Assembly: GCA_040767965.1 (NCBI GenBank)
Contig: JAXGNR010000007.1
Location: 122,110-186,109 of the forward strand
DNA: 64,000 nucleotides
Origin: Atribacterota bacterium
Lineage (GTDB): Bacteria; Atribacterota; Phoenicimicrobiia; Phoenicimicrobiales; Stramentimicrobiaceae
Reading direction: 5' to 3'
The notes beneath the pieces were generated by a model, which was not told the DNA's origin, made no database searches, and saw only the letters and a list, made by a program, of their open reading frames with translations. The first letter of the stretch is position 1, and the number at the start of each line of letters is the position of its first letter. Below are positions 49,964 through 59,327 of this stretch, piece by piece. The translations under genes were made by a program, and so were the position numbers.

Positions 49964-51053
49964 TACTCCTGGCCTTATCCTTTATTAATAGATTTGCCTG
50001 ATTTACAGCATCCTGTCCCTGTCTGGCTGTGGCATCTGCCCCTATTTTTTTCCATAATTGATTATCAATATTAAAGGGGTAACCGCCAACCATTATTTTT
50101 ATTTTGTCAGCTTCTTTATTTTTCCGCAAGTCTGTAATTAATTTTTCTAATTGATGCAGATGATAAGTAATCGTTACTGATATTGCCAGAATATCTACCT
50201 GCTTTTCCAAAGCTATTTTTATTAAACTATAATTAGGAGTATTCGCTCCCAGATGATATGTGCTCCAATTATCCATTTCCAGAAAATCAGCCACCATACG
50301 GACACCTATTTCGTGTAATTCATTACCGATACAGGCAGTAATACAAGTGGGCCTGTTTTCTCCTCCGGCATTCAAAAATAAAGGATAAAGACGGGCCATT
50401 AATGACTGGGTAGCTGAAGTACAATAATGCTCCTGGGCAACACTTATTTTACCTAACTGCCACAAGCGTCCGATCTCTTTTTGCACCGGCTCAAAAACAT
50501 GTAAATAAATATCTTTTACAGAAATATTGCTTTGCTGGGCTTTTTCTAAAATTAGAGAATTAAAAACTAAAGAATTGCCTTCCAATAAATTTGCTAAGTA
50601 ATCAGTGCTTATTTTATAATAAGGATTTTCCGGGTTCAAGAAGCTGTACAGTTCTCCTGTATCTTTAACTAATACCTCTTTCCCTTTTCCTAAAAAATCG
50701 CTTACCCTGGAAATATCCATGTGGGGATCAAATTCTTCTTTGAGAACTTCTGCCATAATCTCAAAATTATCTGCTAATTGTGATAGAGATAAATTAAGTC
50801 CTAAAAAGAGGTGTCTTAACCAGCGAACATATTCCAGAAACAGTGACTCTGAATTCAAAGCTAAAGCCTCACCCAGATAAGACAGATGATAAATAATATC
50901 CTGCCGGCATTTTTGCAGATATATCCCCCGATATTGCTTCTCTAACTCTGGAGAATTTTTCATCTGCCTTTCTAATATATTTTCTGCCAGGATCTCTTTT
51001 TTGTTTTGAATAATATCCCGAATATCTTTTCTCTGTCTTTCATCTCTCTCCAT
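49956..51053 (-). CDS. Cobalamin-binding sensor protein (N-terminal globin/phycobiliprotein-like helical domain + B12-binding_2 + B12-binding)
   Basis: W-x9-EH motif (GRLWQLGKISVAQEH), ELHEIG B12 ligand motif, LGANTP, SVT, MVGG; N-terminal KCRQDIIYHLSYL; likely ATG at 51053. Confidence 0.85.
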   Translation of the reverse strand: MERDERQRKDIRDIIQNKKEILAENILERQMKNSPELEKQYRGIYLQKCRQDIIYHLSYLGEALALNSESLFLEYVRWLRHLFLGLNLSLSQLADNFEIMAEVLKEEFDPHMDISRVSDFLGKGKEVLVKDTGELYSFLNPENPYYKISTDYLANLLEGNSLVFNSLILEKAQQSNISVKDIYLHVFEPVQKEIGRLWQLGKISVAQEHYCTSATQSLMARLYPLFLNAGGENRPTCITACIGNELHEIGVRMVADFLEMDNWSTYHLGANTPNYSLIKIALEKQVDILAISVTITYHLHQLEKLITDLRKNKEADKIKIMVGGYPFNIDNQLWKKIGADATARQGQDAVNQANLLIKDKARSNE

Positions 51054-51190
51054 TTTTATTCTGAATCCCTTCCTGATAATATAAGGATTTTTTATAATTT
51101 TTATATTATAAGTATAAATAATAGTCAAGATTAAAAATATTTTGAAATGATTAATTACAGATAGTGTTAATTATTATTTATTATCTCCGT

Positions 51191-53341
51191 CTATTCTTTC
51201 TGACAAACTCTTAAGCAGGTATCTACAACCTCAGAATCATAGAGAATACCTTTATTTTTTAATAATTCTCCTTCAGCAGCTTTAACCCCTAAGGCAGGGC
51301 GGTAAGGACGATGGGAAGCCATGGCATCATAGACATCAGCAACACAGATAATACGGGCCTCTATCATTATCTCTTCTTCTTTTAAACCACGTGGATAGCC
51401 TGAACCATCTATTTTTTCATGATGCTGGAGCACAATCTCAGCAATGGGATAGGTAAAAGATATGTCCTTTAATATTTCATAGCCAAGTTGGGGATGGTTT
51501 TTTACCAGATTATATTCTATTTCGTTTAACTTGCTGGGTTTATTTAATATTTCTGATGGAATGCTGATTTTCCCAATATCATGTATTAGAGAAGATATTC
51601 GAATTGCCTCAATCATTTCATTTTTTAATCCCATTTCCCTGGCAATAGCTGTAGCAAGATCAGCTACACTTTCCTGATGGCCGGCAGTATAAGGATCCCG
51701 GGTTTCTACAATTCTGGTCATGGCAAGAATTGTATCATTTTTAGTCTTTTCCAATTTGCAGTAATTTTGATAATTGTGAATGGCAATAGAAATACCATGC
51801 ACAAAACTTTTGATCTTTTTTATACTCTCTTTATTAAAATTATTAGTATTTTTGCTTACCAAACGCAAAGTGCCTAAAACTATCCCTTCAAAACTAAAAG
51901 GAAAAATTATACAAGAATGTATCCACTCTATTCCCTGAACTGTATTCCAGTGAGGATTCTTAGAAGTATCGGAAATCAGAAGAGGTTGTCTTTTATTAAT
52001 TGCCTCTTTTTCAAGGAGAAAATCATCAATGTTCTCCTGTAAATTCCAGACAATATTCTGGCAATAATCATTTTCGTAACCCTGGATAGTAATAACCTTT
52101 AATCGATTACCATCTAACAAAGCAATGTCCGCACCATCATTTGGTATAATTTTGGAAATGAACTGTAATGCCTGATTTAATTTTGCAGAAAAATCTTTTT
52201 CAGAAATAAGATTTAAGGCCATCTCCTGTTCCATGTTAATCAGGTTGTTTTGCTCTCTTTCCATACAAAACAGCATTTCTCTTTCCTTTTCTTTTATTTT
52301 TTGATCAGTAATATCAATCAGAGAAGAAGCCACACCCTGAAAATTATTTTTTTCGTTCAAGATAGGTGCAGCATTAATGGAAAGAAAAATCATTTTGCCA
52401 TCCGGCCATTTAATAGCATGCTCAATCCCAAAAAATGATTTCTGGTGTTTCTTCACCAGGCTGAAAGGCAATTTTTCTTCCGGGAATAAATTCCCGTCCA
52501 GGTCGGTAATTTTCCATCTTGGGTCATTATAGTCTCTTTCTTTAATCTCATTTCTACTTAATCCCAGTATTTCCTCAGCAAGTTTATTGGCATAGGTAAT
52601 TTTGCCTTCTTTGTCAACAAAAGTAATTCCTACCGGGCTGGTATTGAGTAACAATTGATTGATTTTTACCTGGTTGCCCAGCTCCTGCTCTGATTTTTTT
52701 TGGTTAGTTATATCTACTCCGACTCCAATCAGGTGTTTATATATATTGTTTTTGTTATAAACTGGTTGTCCATACCAGCGAATCCATAATTTATTGCCAT
52801 CTTTAGTCAGCACTTGATTTTCATTATGTGTAGGGAACCCACTTTTCTGTAAACCAAGAAAAATATTTTTCAACTGAGCATGGTGGCTGGCAGGGATAAA
52901 TTGCTGCAGATAATCTCTTTTAAAAACTTCATTTTTCTGGTAACCCAAGGCATTAAGCATTGTCTGATTCATAAAACGTGTTTTGCCATCAGGGTTTATA
53001 GCTACAAAAAATACCGGAGCTTCCTCAATAAGCTGATATCGAAAAGCTCTTTCTTTATGGTAGGCTTCTTTTATTTCTTCTACTTTTTCTAATTGTTTAT
53101 AAAGAATCACCATAGTGAATACTGCAACTATAATCAACATTAAAAGTCCAGTAAATAAATCAGACCAGATAACAGGAGAAGGAGGTGAAGATGGTGAAAA
53201 AATAAGATGAGAAAAATCAAATAATTCATTGGCAATTATCAGTAATCCTGATAGGATAAAAACCAGAATTAAAGGCATAAATATTTTTTTTCTATCATGC
53301 ATTTTATTACAAAATATTCTAACATGGTTTTTAAATTGCAT
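51191..53341 (-). CDS. Membrane PAS-PAS-GAF-HD-GYP cyclic-dinucleotide phosphodiesterase
   Basis: Two TMs, RDPYTAGHQ, HDIGK, HHEKIDGSGYP, VADVYDAM..HRPYR, all intact. Confidence 0.92.
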   Translation of the reverse strand: MQFKNHVRIFCNKMHDRKKIFMPLILVFILSGLLIIANELFDFSHLIFSPSSPPSPVIWSDLFTGLLMLIIVAVFTMVILYKQLEKVEEIKEAYHKERAFRYQLIEEAPVFFVAINPDGKTRFMNQTMLNALGYQKNEVFKRDYLQQFIPASHHAQLKNIFLGLQKSGFPTHNENQVLTKDGNKLWIRWYGQPVYNKNNIYKHLIGVGVDITNQKKSEQELGNQVKINQLLLNTSPVGITFVDKEGKITYANKLAEEILGLSRNEIKERDYNDPRWKITDLDGNLFPEEKLPFSLVKKHQKSFFGIEHAIKWPDGKMIFLSINAAPILNEKNNFQGVASSLIDITDQKIKEKEREMLFCMEREQNNLINMEQEMALNLISEKDFSAKLNQALQFISKIIPNDGADIALLDGNRLKVITIQGYENDYCQNIVWNLQENIDDFLLEKEAINKRQPLLISDTSKNPHWNTVQGIEWIHSCIIFPFSFEGIVLGTLRLVSKNTNNFNKESIKKIKSFVHGISIAIHNYQNYCKLEKTKNDTILAMTRIVETRDPYTAGHQESVADLATAIAREMGLKNEMIEAIRISSLIHDIGKISIPSEILNKPSKLNEIEYNLVKNHPQLGYEILKDISFTYPIAEIVLQHHEKIDGSGYPRGLKEEEIMIEARIICVADVYDAMASHRPYRPALGVKAAEGELLKNKGILYDSEVVDTCLRVCQKE

Positions 53342-53460
53342 TGAAATCCTAATTTTAATATCACATTATAGTATAGATTCTCTGTGAGCGGTTAATTAAT
53401 ATTATTGTTAATTATACCACATTAAAGCTAAAGTATATTTAATTTGTTTTTATAATGATT

Positions 53461-54180
53461 TTACTGTAAGTTATTGAAAAGTTCTTTTTTTATCCGATCA
53501 GCTTTTTCCTGTGGAATACCCAGTATTTTTGCCAGTTTAGTTTTATTTAAATCCATAAAAAATAAATAATAAACAATGTTTTCCTGTAATTTTTTTAAGC
53601 GTTTTAATGCTTTTCTTAAAATTATAACATCCTCAATTGGCAGTTTAAAGGACTGATAGGTTTGATTTTTAATCTTTTCCAGATCGGGTTCAATATTTGC
53701 CGGTAATTTCTCTTCTGCCATTTTGCTGGTGATACTCGCTTCTTTCAGGGAATTCCGGGCTTTTAATAATTCTTGCACCCCAAAATCATGGATATTCAGG
53801 TAGACTGCAATCTCTGAAATGGAAGGAAATTTTTGTTGTTCTTGACGGTAGTGAATTACAAATTCATCAATCTTTTTATTCATTTTTACTAACCATGTTG
53901 GACAATCTACCCGATGTTTGCGATTCATTAGATATTGGTGCATTTCTTCGGTGATTAATATTTGAGCATATGTCTTAAAGTTAATATCATGAATAGACGA
54001 GTCATACAAATTAGCAGCATTTAGTAATCCAATATAGCCAACCTCTTCCAGATTTTCTTTATCTTCAGATGCATCCTCAAACTGACCTACAATTTTATCA
54101 ATTAAGTATCTATATTTTTCAATTAAATTAACCTGATCGTATAGAGATTTTTCCCCTTGCTTCTGCAAGTGAAGGGTCAT
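53461..54180 (-). CDS. Divergent SigB/F/G-like sigma-70 factor
   Basis: Region 2 (LIEKYRYL...ENLEEVGYIGLLNAANLYD...FKTYA..LI.EEM.QYL), region 3 (PSISEIA..L), region 4 HTH (LAKILGIPQ). Confidence 0.78.
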   Translation of the reverse strand: MTLHLQKQGEKSLYDQVNLIEKYRYLIDKIVGQFEDASEDKENLEEVGYIGLLNAANLYDSSIHDINFKTYAQILITEEMHQYLMNRKHRVDCPTWLVKMNKKIDEFVIHYRQEQQKFPSISEIAVYLNIHDFGVQELLKARNSLKEASITSKMAEEKLPANIEPDLEKIKNQTYQSFKLPIEDVIILRKALKRLKKLQENIVYYLFFMDLNKTKLAKILGIPQEKADRIKKELFNNLQ

Positions 54181-54243
54181 CTTTTACCACCTCATAAAAA
54201 TTATTTTATTCTCATCTTTATACATTTTCTAAAATAAAAAAAC

Positions 54244-54352
54244 AAACCGGTAATCTGGCAGCCATCATGCATATTAATTTATTATTAAATTTGCGTCTTA
54301 GGCCCATAACTTTGCGTCCTATCTTTTCAGATAGTTTGCCTTTATCGGTTTT
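54244..54352 (-). ncRNA. c-di-GMP-I (GEMM) riboswitch upstream of the sigma factor
   Basis: GAUAAAGGCAAACUAUCUGAAAAGAUAGGACGCAAAGUUAUGGGCCUAAG...AUGAUGGCUGCCAGAUUACCG. Confidence 0.9.
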
Positions 54353-54444
54353 ATATTTTTTCCTTCTATTATATTATTCCCTAAAAATCACCTTTTTAGA
54401 CAGGAAAAATACTTTATGTTAATTCTTTTGTTGATAATAAACAG

Positions 54445-54495
54445 AATATCAAAAAACCCTTTCCAGTTTATGGCTGGAAAGGGTTTTTTGATATT
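54445..54495. terminator. Intrinsic terminator after the lipoprotein gene
   Basis: AATATCAAAAAACCCTTTCCAG / CTGGAAAGGGTTTTTTGATATT 22-bp perfect inverted repeat. Confidence 0.88.
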
Positions 54496-54535
54496 TTAAA
54501 GTATGCTAAATTAATGTATTGTTAATTACATTATC

Positions 54536-56014
54536 CTATTCGCAAAGAACAACCACATCTAAATGGATAGCATAGTAATTATAACCAGTCCCAACATTTT
54601 CTATAGTTAGACTGGTTCCTTTATATGTGGTGAATTGACCGGGAACAGGTTTACTGCTTGGAATGGTATTATATCCTTGGATCTTAACAGGATGATCCTT
54701 ACTGCTATCTAAAACCATTGCACTTCCAAGATTAATATATAAGACACCATTATTATCATTATCATAAGTAACAGTGCCGTCAGTTAATTTTTGTCCTGCA
54801 TAAATAGCCTGTGTTGAGGCACCAGAGGTATCAAAATAATACCACCATGCTGCACCACTACCTTCACTGTCTCCACCCCAGGCAGTTTCTCCTTTACATG
54901 TCAATGTAAGCTTATCAACTTCTGCAGTATCATCATCAGTAGCTCCCTCATCAGAGGTGGCATCTGCAGTATTGGTAATGCTTGTTAAGTCAAGGTCATC
55001 TTCGGTGATAGTGTAGGAAGCAGTGTAGGTCCAGGTTTCTCCAACACTTAAGATATTGTCAGCACCGGTATCACCGGAAACATAAGTCGGGCCTGTATCT
55101 GCAGTATCGTCATTGACTACAATGCCGGTTAAATCCATATCACCGGTATTCTCTACTGTAATAGTGTAGGTAATGACCTGACCGGCTTCATAATAAGTTG
55201 TCGGATCAGCAGTCTTGACAACTTCCAGGGCCGGGGTATCATCACCGCCATTACCGTTACCATCAGTAGTGGCTCCCGGGCCAATGCAGCATCCCTGCAG
55301 TTTACTGCATACCAGATCAACCAGGTCATCTTCAATTAAGTTACCCTGACTGTCTACATTGCATAAAGTACCGAAATCTTCATGTGCTAAAATAGCTGGA
55401 ATATCGATCTGCATATTAACTTCGGGCGAGGTTGCTATTTTTTCAATTAGCTTGTATTCTTTATTCCATTCTTTGTTCTGGAAGCAGGGACATATTATCT
55501 GGCAATGGCAATAAGTATCACCAATATATTCCAGGACAAATGCCAAAGAGGTGGAATCACAATCCGGGATACCAGCATCAAGTGCTTCTCCTGCTTTCTT
55601 TTCAATTACATCTTTCAGGAAATAACCGGTATCTGTCGGGCAGTAAACTGTCAGGATATACATGCCTGGTTTGACATCGGTAAATTCATAGTTACCTTCT
55701 TCATCAGTGGTAGTGCTGTATTTTACCTTACAGTCATCTACTTCTCTTAGTTCCACCAATGCTCCAGGAGTAGGTCGCCATATATCGGTTTCATCATAAC
55801 ATTCTGAGCCGCTGTATCTGCTTATCTGATTGGTAATTTCAGTATCTTCCATCTCATCTAAGAGCAGACAGCAAAAAGGCATCAGGATTTGGCCGGTAAC
55901 TGAAGTGTCATCTTCTGTAGCCCCTGGAGACGGGACTACTCCTTTACAGCCGGGTAGTAGCAGGGCTATGGTAAAAAGTAAAAAAACAAGAAGGGCTAAT
56001 TTAATTCCTTTCAT
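54536..56014 (-). CDS. Cys-rich surface lipoprotein (carboxypeptidase-regulatory/SdrB-like Ig domain + DUF11-type repeat domain)
   Basis: Lipobox LLPGC; GA.VEL...TTTDEEGNYEF.DV.PG.Y; L.V.KTAD....GQVITYTITVENTG...L.VGETWTYTASYT...NTA.A; 17 Cys. Confidence 0.75.
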   Translation of the reverse strand: MKGIKLALLVFLLFTIALLLPGCKGVVPSPGATEDDTSVTGQILMPFCCLLLDEMEDTEITNQISRYSGSECYDETDIWRPTPGALVELREVDDCKVKYSTTTDEEGNYEFTDVKPGMYILTVYCPTDTGYFLKDVIEKKAGEALDAGIPDCDSTSLAFVLEYIGDTYCHCQIICPCFQNKEWNKEYKLIEKIATSPEVNMQIDIPAILAHEDFGTLCNVDSQGNLIEDDLVDLVCSKLQGCCIGPGATTDGNGNGGDDTPALEVVKTADPTTYYEAGQVITYTITVENTGDMDLTGIVVNDDTADTGPTYVSGDTGADNILSVGETWTYTASYTITEDDLDLTSITNTADATSDEGATDDDTAEVDKLTLTCKGETAWGGDSEGSGAAWWYYFDTSGASTQAIYAGQKLTDGTVTYDNDNNGVLYINLGSAMVLDSSKDHPVKIQGYNTIPSSKPVPGQFTTYKGTSLTIENVGTGYNYYAIHLDVVVLCE

Positions 56015-56107
56015 GATATTAATCTCCTTTTTATTATTTATATTTTGAAATTGATACTAACAGGTATCTTCCAGGTTAAAACTGTTTACATAATCAGACT
56101 GATTATG

Positions 56108-56140
56108 TAAAAAACCCCTCAGGGCAAAACCTGCGGGGTA
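56108..56140 (-). terminator. Terminator hairpin between the riboswitch and the lipoprotein gene
   Basis: Minus strand ACCCCGCAGG-TTTTGC-CCTGAGGGGT-TTTTT. Confidence 0.7.
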
Positions 56141-56152
56141 AATATAAATAAC

Positions 56153-56252
56153 AAAAAGTCGGTAGTTTGGCAGTCATAGTCTGTAATGACAGACCTTAGA
56201 CCCAATACTTTGCGTCCTATCCTTTCGGATAGTTTACCTTTATCAACTTTTT
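56153..56252 (-). ncRNA. c-di-GMP-I (GEMM) riboswitch upstream of the lipoprotein
   Basis: GAUAAAGGUAAACUAUCCGAAAGGAUAGGACGCAAAGUAUUGGGUCUAAGGUCUG...CAGACUAUGACUGCCAAACUACCG. Confidence 0.92.
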
Positions 56253-56487
56253 ATTTTTGCTTCTATAATCATCACCTTACCTTTTATTCTTTTTATAATT
56301 TTTCTATATTATTTAAATTTTTTCTTCAACTTATTACTTTTTTTGTTAATTCTGTAAAGTTAAAAGGATATATCTTTTTTTACAACTTCTATTCTATTAA
56401 TTTCTATATAGCATAAAATAGAAGAAAATGCAAGCAATATATAATATAAATAACTATTCAATATAATTTTTTGCACTAATTATTTAA

Positions 56488-56531
56488 AAAAGAAAGCCTG
56501 GTTTATTAATTTATTAACCAGGCTTTCTTTT
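56488..56531. terminator. Terminator after the TPR gene
   Basis: AAAAGAAAGCCTGGTT / AACCAGGCTTTCTTTT. Confidence 0.8.
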
Positions 56532-56569
56532 AACATCTAAACTATATGAAAAAATAAATAATTATATTT

Positions 56570-57493
56570 TTATTGTTTAGCCTCAAGTTGTCTTTGAGAT
56601 TCTTTTAACCAATACTCAGCCTGGGCATTATCCGGTTGCAGTCTTATTACTTCTCTATAGTAATTAACTGCTTGGTTATAATTTCCAGTTTCAAAATAAA
56701 CTCTTGCCAGCCAGTAATAAGCATCAGCATATTGCGGGTTTAACCTTATTGCTTCTCTGTATGAGTCAATTGCTTTGGTAAAATTTCTCCCCTGGTAAAA
56801 AATATATCCCTGTTCGTAATGATTATAAGCTTCTTTCCCGTGCTTTATTGATGCATCAACTTTATCGTAAAAATATTGTGCCCTTGGGTAATCAGGATCC
56901 AGACTGAGTACTCTTTCCCAATAAAATAATGAGTTTTCCAAATCATCTATTTCATAAAAGATGCGGGCTGCCCAGTAATTTGAATCAATCAAATCGGGAT
57001 ACTCTTTGATAGAATTTAAAAAATAGATCAAACCATCTTCAGAATCGCCTTTTTCATAAGAGTTGTAACCTAAACGATAGTAAGCATGAGCCAGATTTTG
57101 TTTAACCTGAGGAGAAGTTAAATCAGCATTTTCAATTAATTTTAAATATTTTTTCCACTGCTCAGCTTCCCGATAAAACCAATTGGTGTGCTGATACATT
57201 AAAGCCAGATAATAATTTCCTTCTATAAAGTCCGGATCAATATCTAATGCCTGTTGAGCATAGCCTATTGCATCTGCCCACAATTCTCTTCCAGGATAAT
57301 GTATTCCTTGATAAACTTCTAATGCTTCTTCCATCTTGGCCACTGCTTTTTGCAGATATTCAATAGCTTCCGGGTCTGTTTGGCTAAATATTTGTACATC
57401 TGCTGATTGGGCAAAACTACAAATTGCAAATATTATTGAAAAAAGTAAAAACAGAATTACAATTGCATACTTTTTCCAGTTATTCTTTTTCAT
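56570..57493 (-). CDS. Secreted tetratricopeptide repeat protein
   Basis: Signal peptide; repeated A..IDPD..E..Y.LA and A.RLNPQYADAYY.LA TPR motifs. Confidence 0.88.
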   Translation of the reverse strand: MKKNNWKKYAIVILFLLFSIIFAICSFAQSADVQIFSQTDPEAIEYLQKAVAKMEEALEVYQGIHYPGRELWADAIGYAQQALDIDPDFIEGNYYLALMYQHTNWFYREAEQWKKYLKLIENADLTSPQVKQNLAHAYYRLGYNSYEKGDSEDGLIYFLNSIKEYPDLIDSNYWAARIFYEIDDLENSLFYWERVLSLDPDYPRAQYFYDKVDASIKHGKEAYNHYEQGYIFYQGRNFTKAIDSYREAIRLNPQYADAYYWLARVYFETGNYNQAVNYYREVIRLQPDNAQAEYWLKESQRQLEAKQ

Positions 57494-57560
57494 ATTTACT
57501 TCCCTCCTTACTGGGATTACTTAAATACTTTTAATAAATTAAATAACTATTAATAATATT

Positions 57561-59051
57561 TTATATGTTTTTATCTAAAATTGAAAGATAATTTTCTTTT
57601 ACCATTGTAAAATCATCTAAATATTCTGCTGCAACTGAGCTTGCTGGAGGCATATCCAGTTCTAAGAAATTAAAACGATTTCCGTCTTTGCTAATAGAAA
57701 AATCCAAATGAGGACCAGTTGCCAATCCTGTTGCACCAACATAACCAATTACTTCCCCTTGCTCTACTCTTAGTCCAACATGCAATCCCTGGGCAAATTT
57801 TGATAAATGTCCGTACGCTGTTACATATCCATTAGGATGTTTGATTTCAACATAGTTTCCATAACCGCCCTGATCGTAATATCTAGAAATAACTGTTCCC
57901 GCGCCAATTGAAACCACTGGTGTACCAGTTGGTGCAGCATAATCAATAGCTAAATGGGGACGATAAATTCTTAAGATAGGATGATATCTGCTCTCTGTAT
58001 AATGAGAACTGATGTATTTGTAGTTAAGAGGTGCTCTCAAAAAAGCTTTTTGCAAAGCCTTACCATTTTCATTGTAATAATTAGCATTCCCTGAAGAATC
58101 CTCGAAAAGGATGGCTGTATGGATGCTAAGCATTTCACCTTCATAAACAGCAGCTAAAATATCTCCCCAGCGATAAAAATCTCCTCTGTATAATTTTTCT
58201 ACTATTAATTTAAAAGTATCCCCGGGCTGGCATTCAGTTAAAAAGTCTATATCCCAGGCAAATATTTCTGCTAATTGAACAGCCAGCTGTCCAGAGTTAC
58301 AATAATCAAGCATAGATTGATAAAGAGAAGTTTCAATTTCCCCTTCAAAACAGACAATTTCCCGGAATATTTCATCTTTAGTTACTTCGATATTAGCCAT
58401 TTCAGTAGATGGTATTTTAATTTGATAAGCATCAAGCTGGTTAGGCTGATAATCAAACTGAACTATTTCTCCATCATCATCACAATGAACAGCAAATTTT
58501 GTACCTATATTCAAATAACTTATGTCTACTACAGAGTGCACTTTTTCCTGCAAACGTAATACTTCTGCAGGTGAAATGTCATTTTTAACTAAATACTGAT
58601 AAAGTGTTTCACCAGCTTTTAATTGTCCTGAAATAACTCTTATATTTTTTTCTTTTTGCTGGTATCTTAATTTTAGTTCTCCATCTGCAGGCTGCTCTTC
58701 TCTGATATTTATTTTTTCAAGATCTTCGGTAATATCTTTTAATCCTCTTTCGAATTCACTTTCATTATGAGCAGCATCAGATCCTGCCAGAACTATCTGG
58801 GAATTTGCTTCCACTGAAGATTTATCCAATTTCTGATTATCGATTTTTTTTTCTCTGTCTTCTAGTCCTAAAGATAAAAAAGGTATATTAAACAAAAGGG
58901 CAATTGCCAGGAATATAAATACTATTGCAAGAATTCCCAGTAAGCCTTTTTTTGTGCTGGTTAACTTCTTTTTTGCTTTCTTTGGTATATGTATAGCATT
59001 ACTATTGCAATTACATTTTTTGCCAAAAGTGCTATATCTTTTTATAGACAA
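57561..59051 (-). CDS. M23 family peptidoglycan DD-endopeptidase (MepM/Csd3-like)
   Basis: TM anchor, LAEIFAWDIDF, R.HPIL...RPHLAIDYAAP.GTPV, YGHLS, ATGPHLDF. Confidence 0.92.
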   Translation of the reverse strand: MSIKRYSTFGKKCNCNSNAIHIPKKAKKKLTSTKKGLLGILAIVFIFLAIALLFNIPFLSLGLEDREKKIDNQKLDKSSVEANSQIVLAGSDAAHNESEFERGLKDITEDLEKINIREEQPADGELKLRYQQKEKNIRVISGQLKAGETLYQYLVKNDISPAEVLRLQEKVHSVVDISYLNIGTKFAVHCDDDGEIVQFDYQPNQLDAYQIKIPSTEMANIEVTKDEIFREIVCFEGEIETSLYQSMLDYCNSGQLAVQLAEIFAWDIDFLTECQPGDTFKLIVEKLYRGDFYRWGDILAAVYEGEMLSIHTAILFEDSSGNANYYNENGKALQKAFLRAPLNYKYISSHYTESRYHPILRIYRPHLAIDYAAPTGTPVVSIGAGTVISRYYDQGGYGNYVEIKHPNGYVTAYGHLSKFAQGLHVGLRVEQGEVIGYVGATGLATGPHLDFSISKDGNRFNFLELDMPPASSVAAEYLDDFTMVKENYLSILDKNI

Positions 59052-59327
59052 AATCTTGCTCCTTCTATTAAAAGTTACAATTTTATTTTTTTTATTACTT
59101 TCTATAAGTTTTTACAGGAAGATTTGGCTTAATTATTTAATATCAGTTAAAAATAGATATCTTTAAATGAATATAACAAAAATTATAACATAATATCCGA
59201 TAAAAAAGCCTCCCGGCTAAAAAATATTTCAATTAAATCATTAAATAAAATTTAATGATTTAAGCTTATTTTAGGTATTCAGCAATTTTTAATGCTTTCT
59301 AAATATTTCTAAATAATATATAAATTT

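Noticed and set aside
56186-56416. 76-aa plus-strand ORF
   Set aside because: Antisense to the c-di-GMP riboswitch leader; low-complexity Phe-rich translation
59233-59263. AT-rich 13-bp palindrome TTAAATCATTAAA/TTTAATGATTTAA
   Set aside because: Plausibly a weak terminator or chance structure in very AT-rich DNA; no further support
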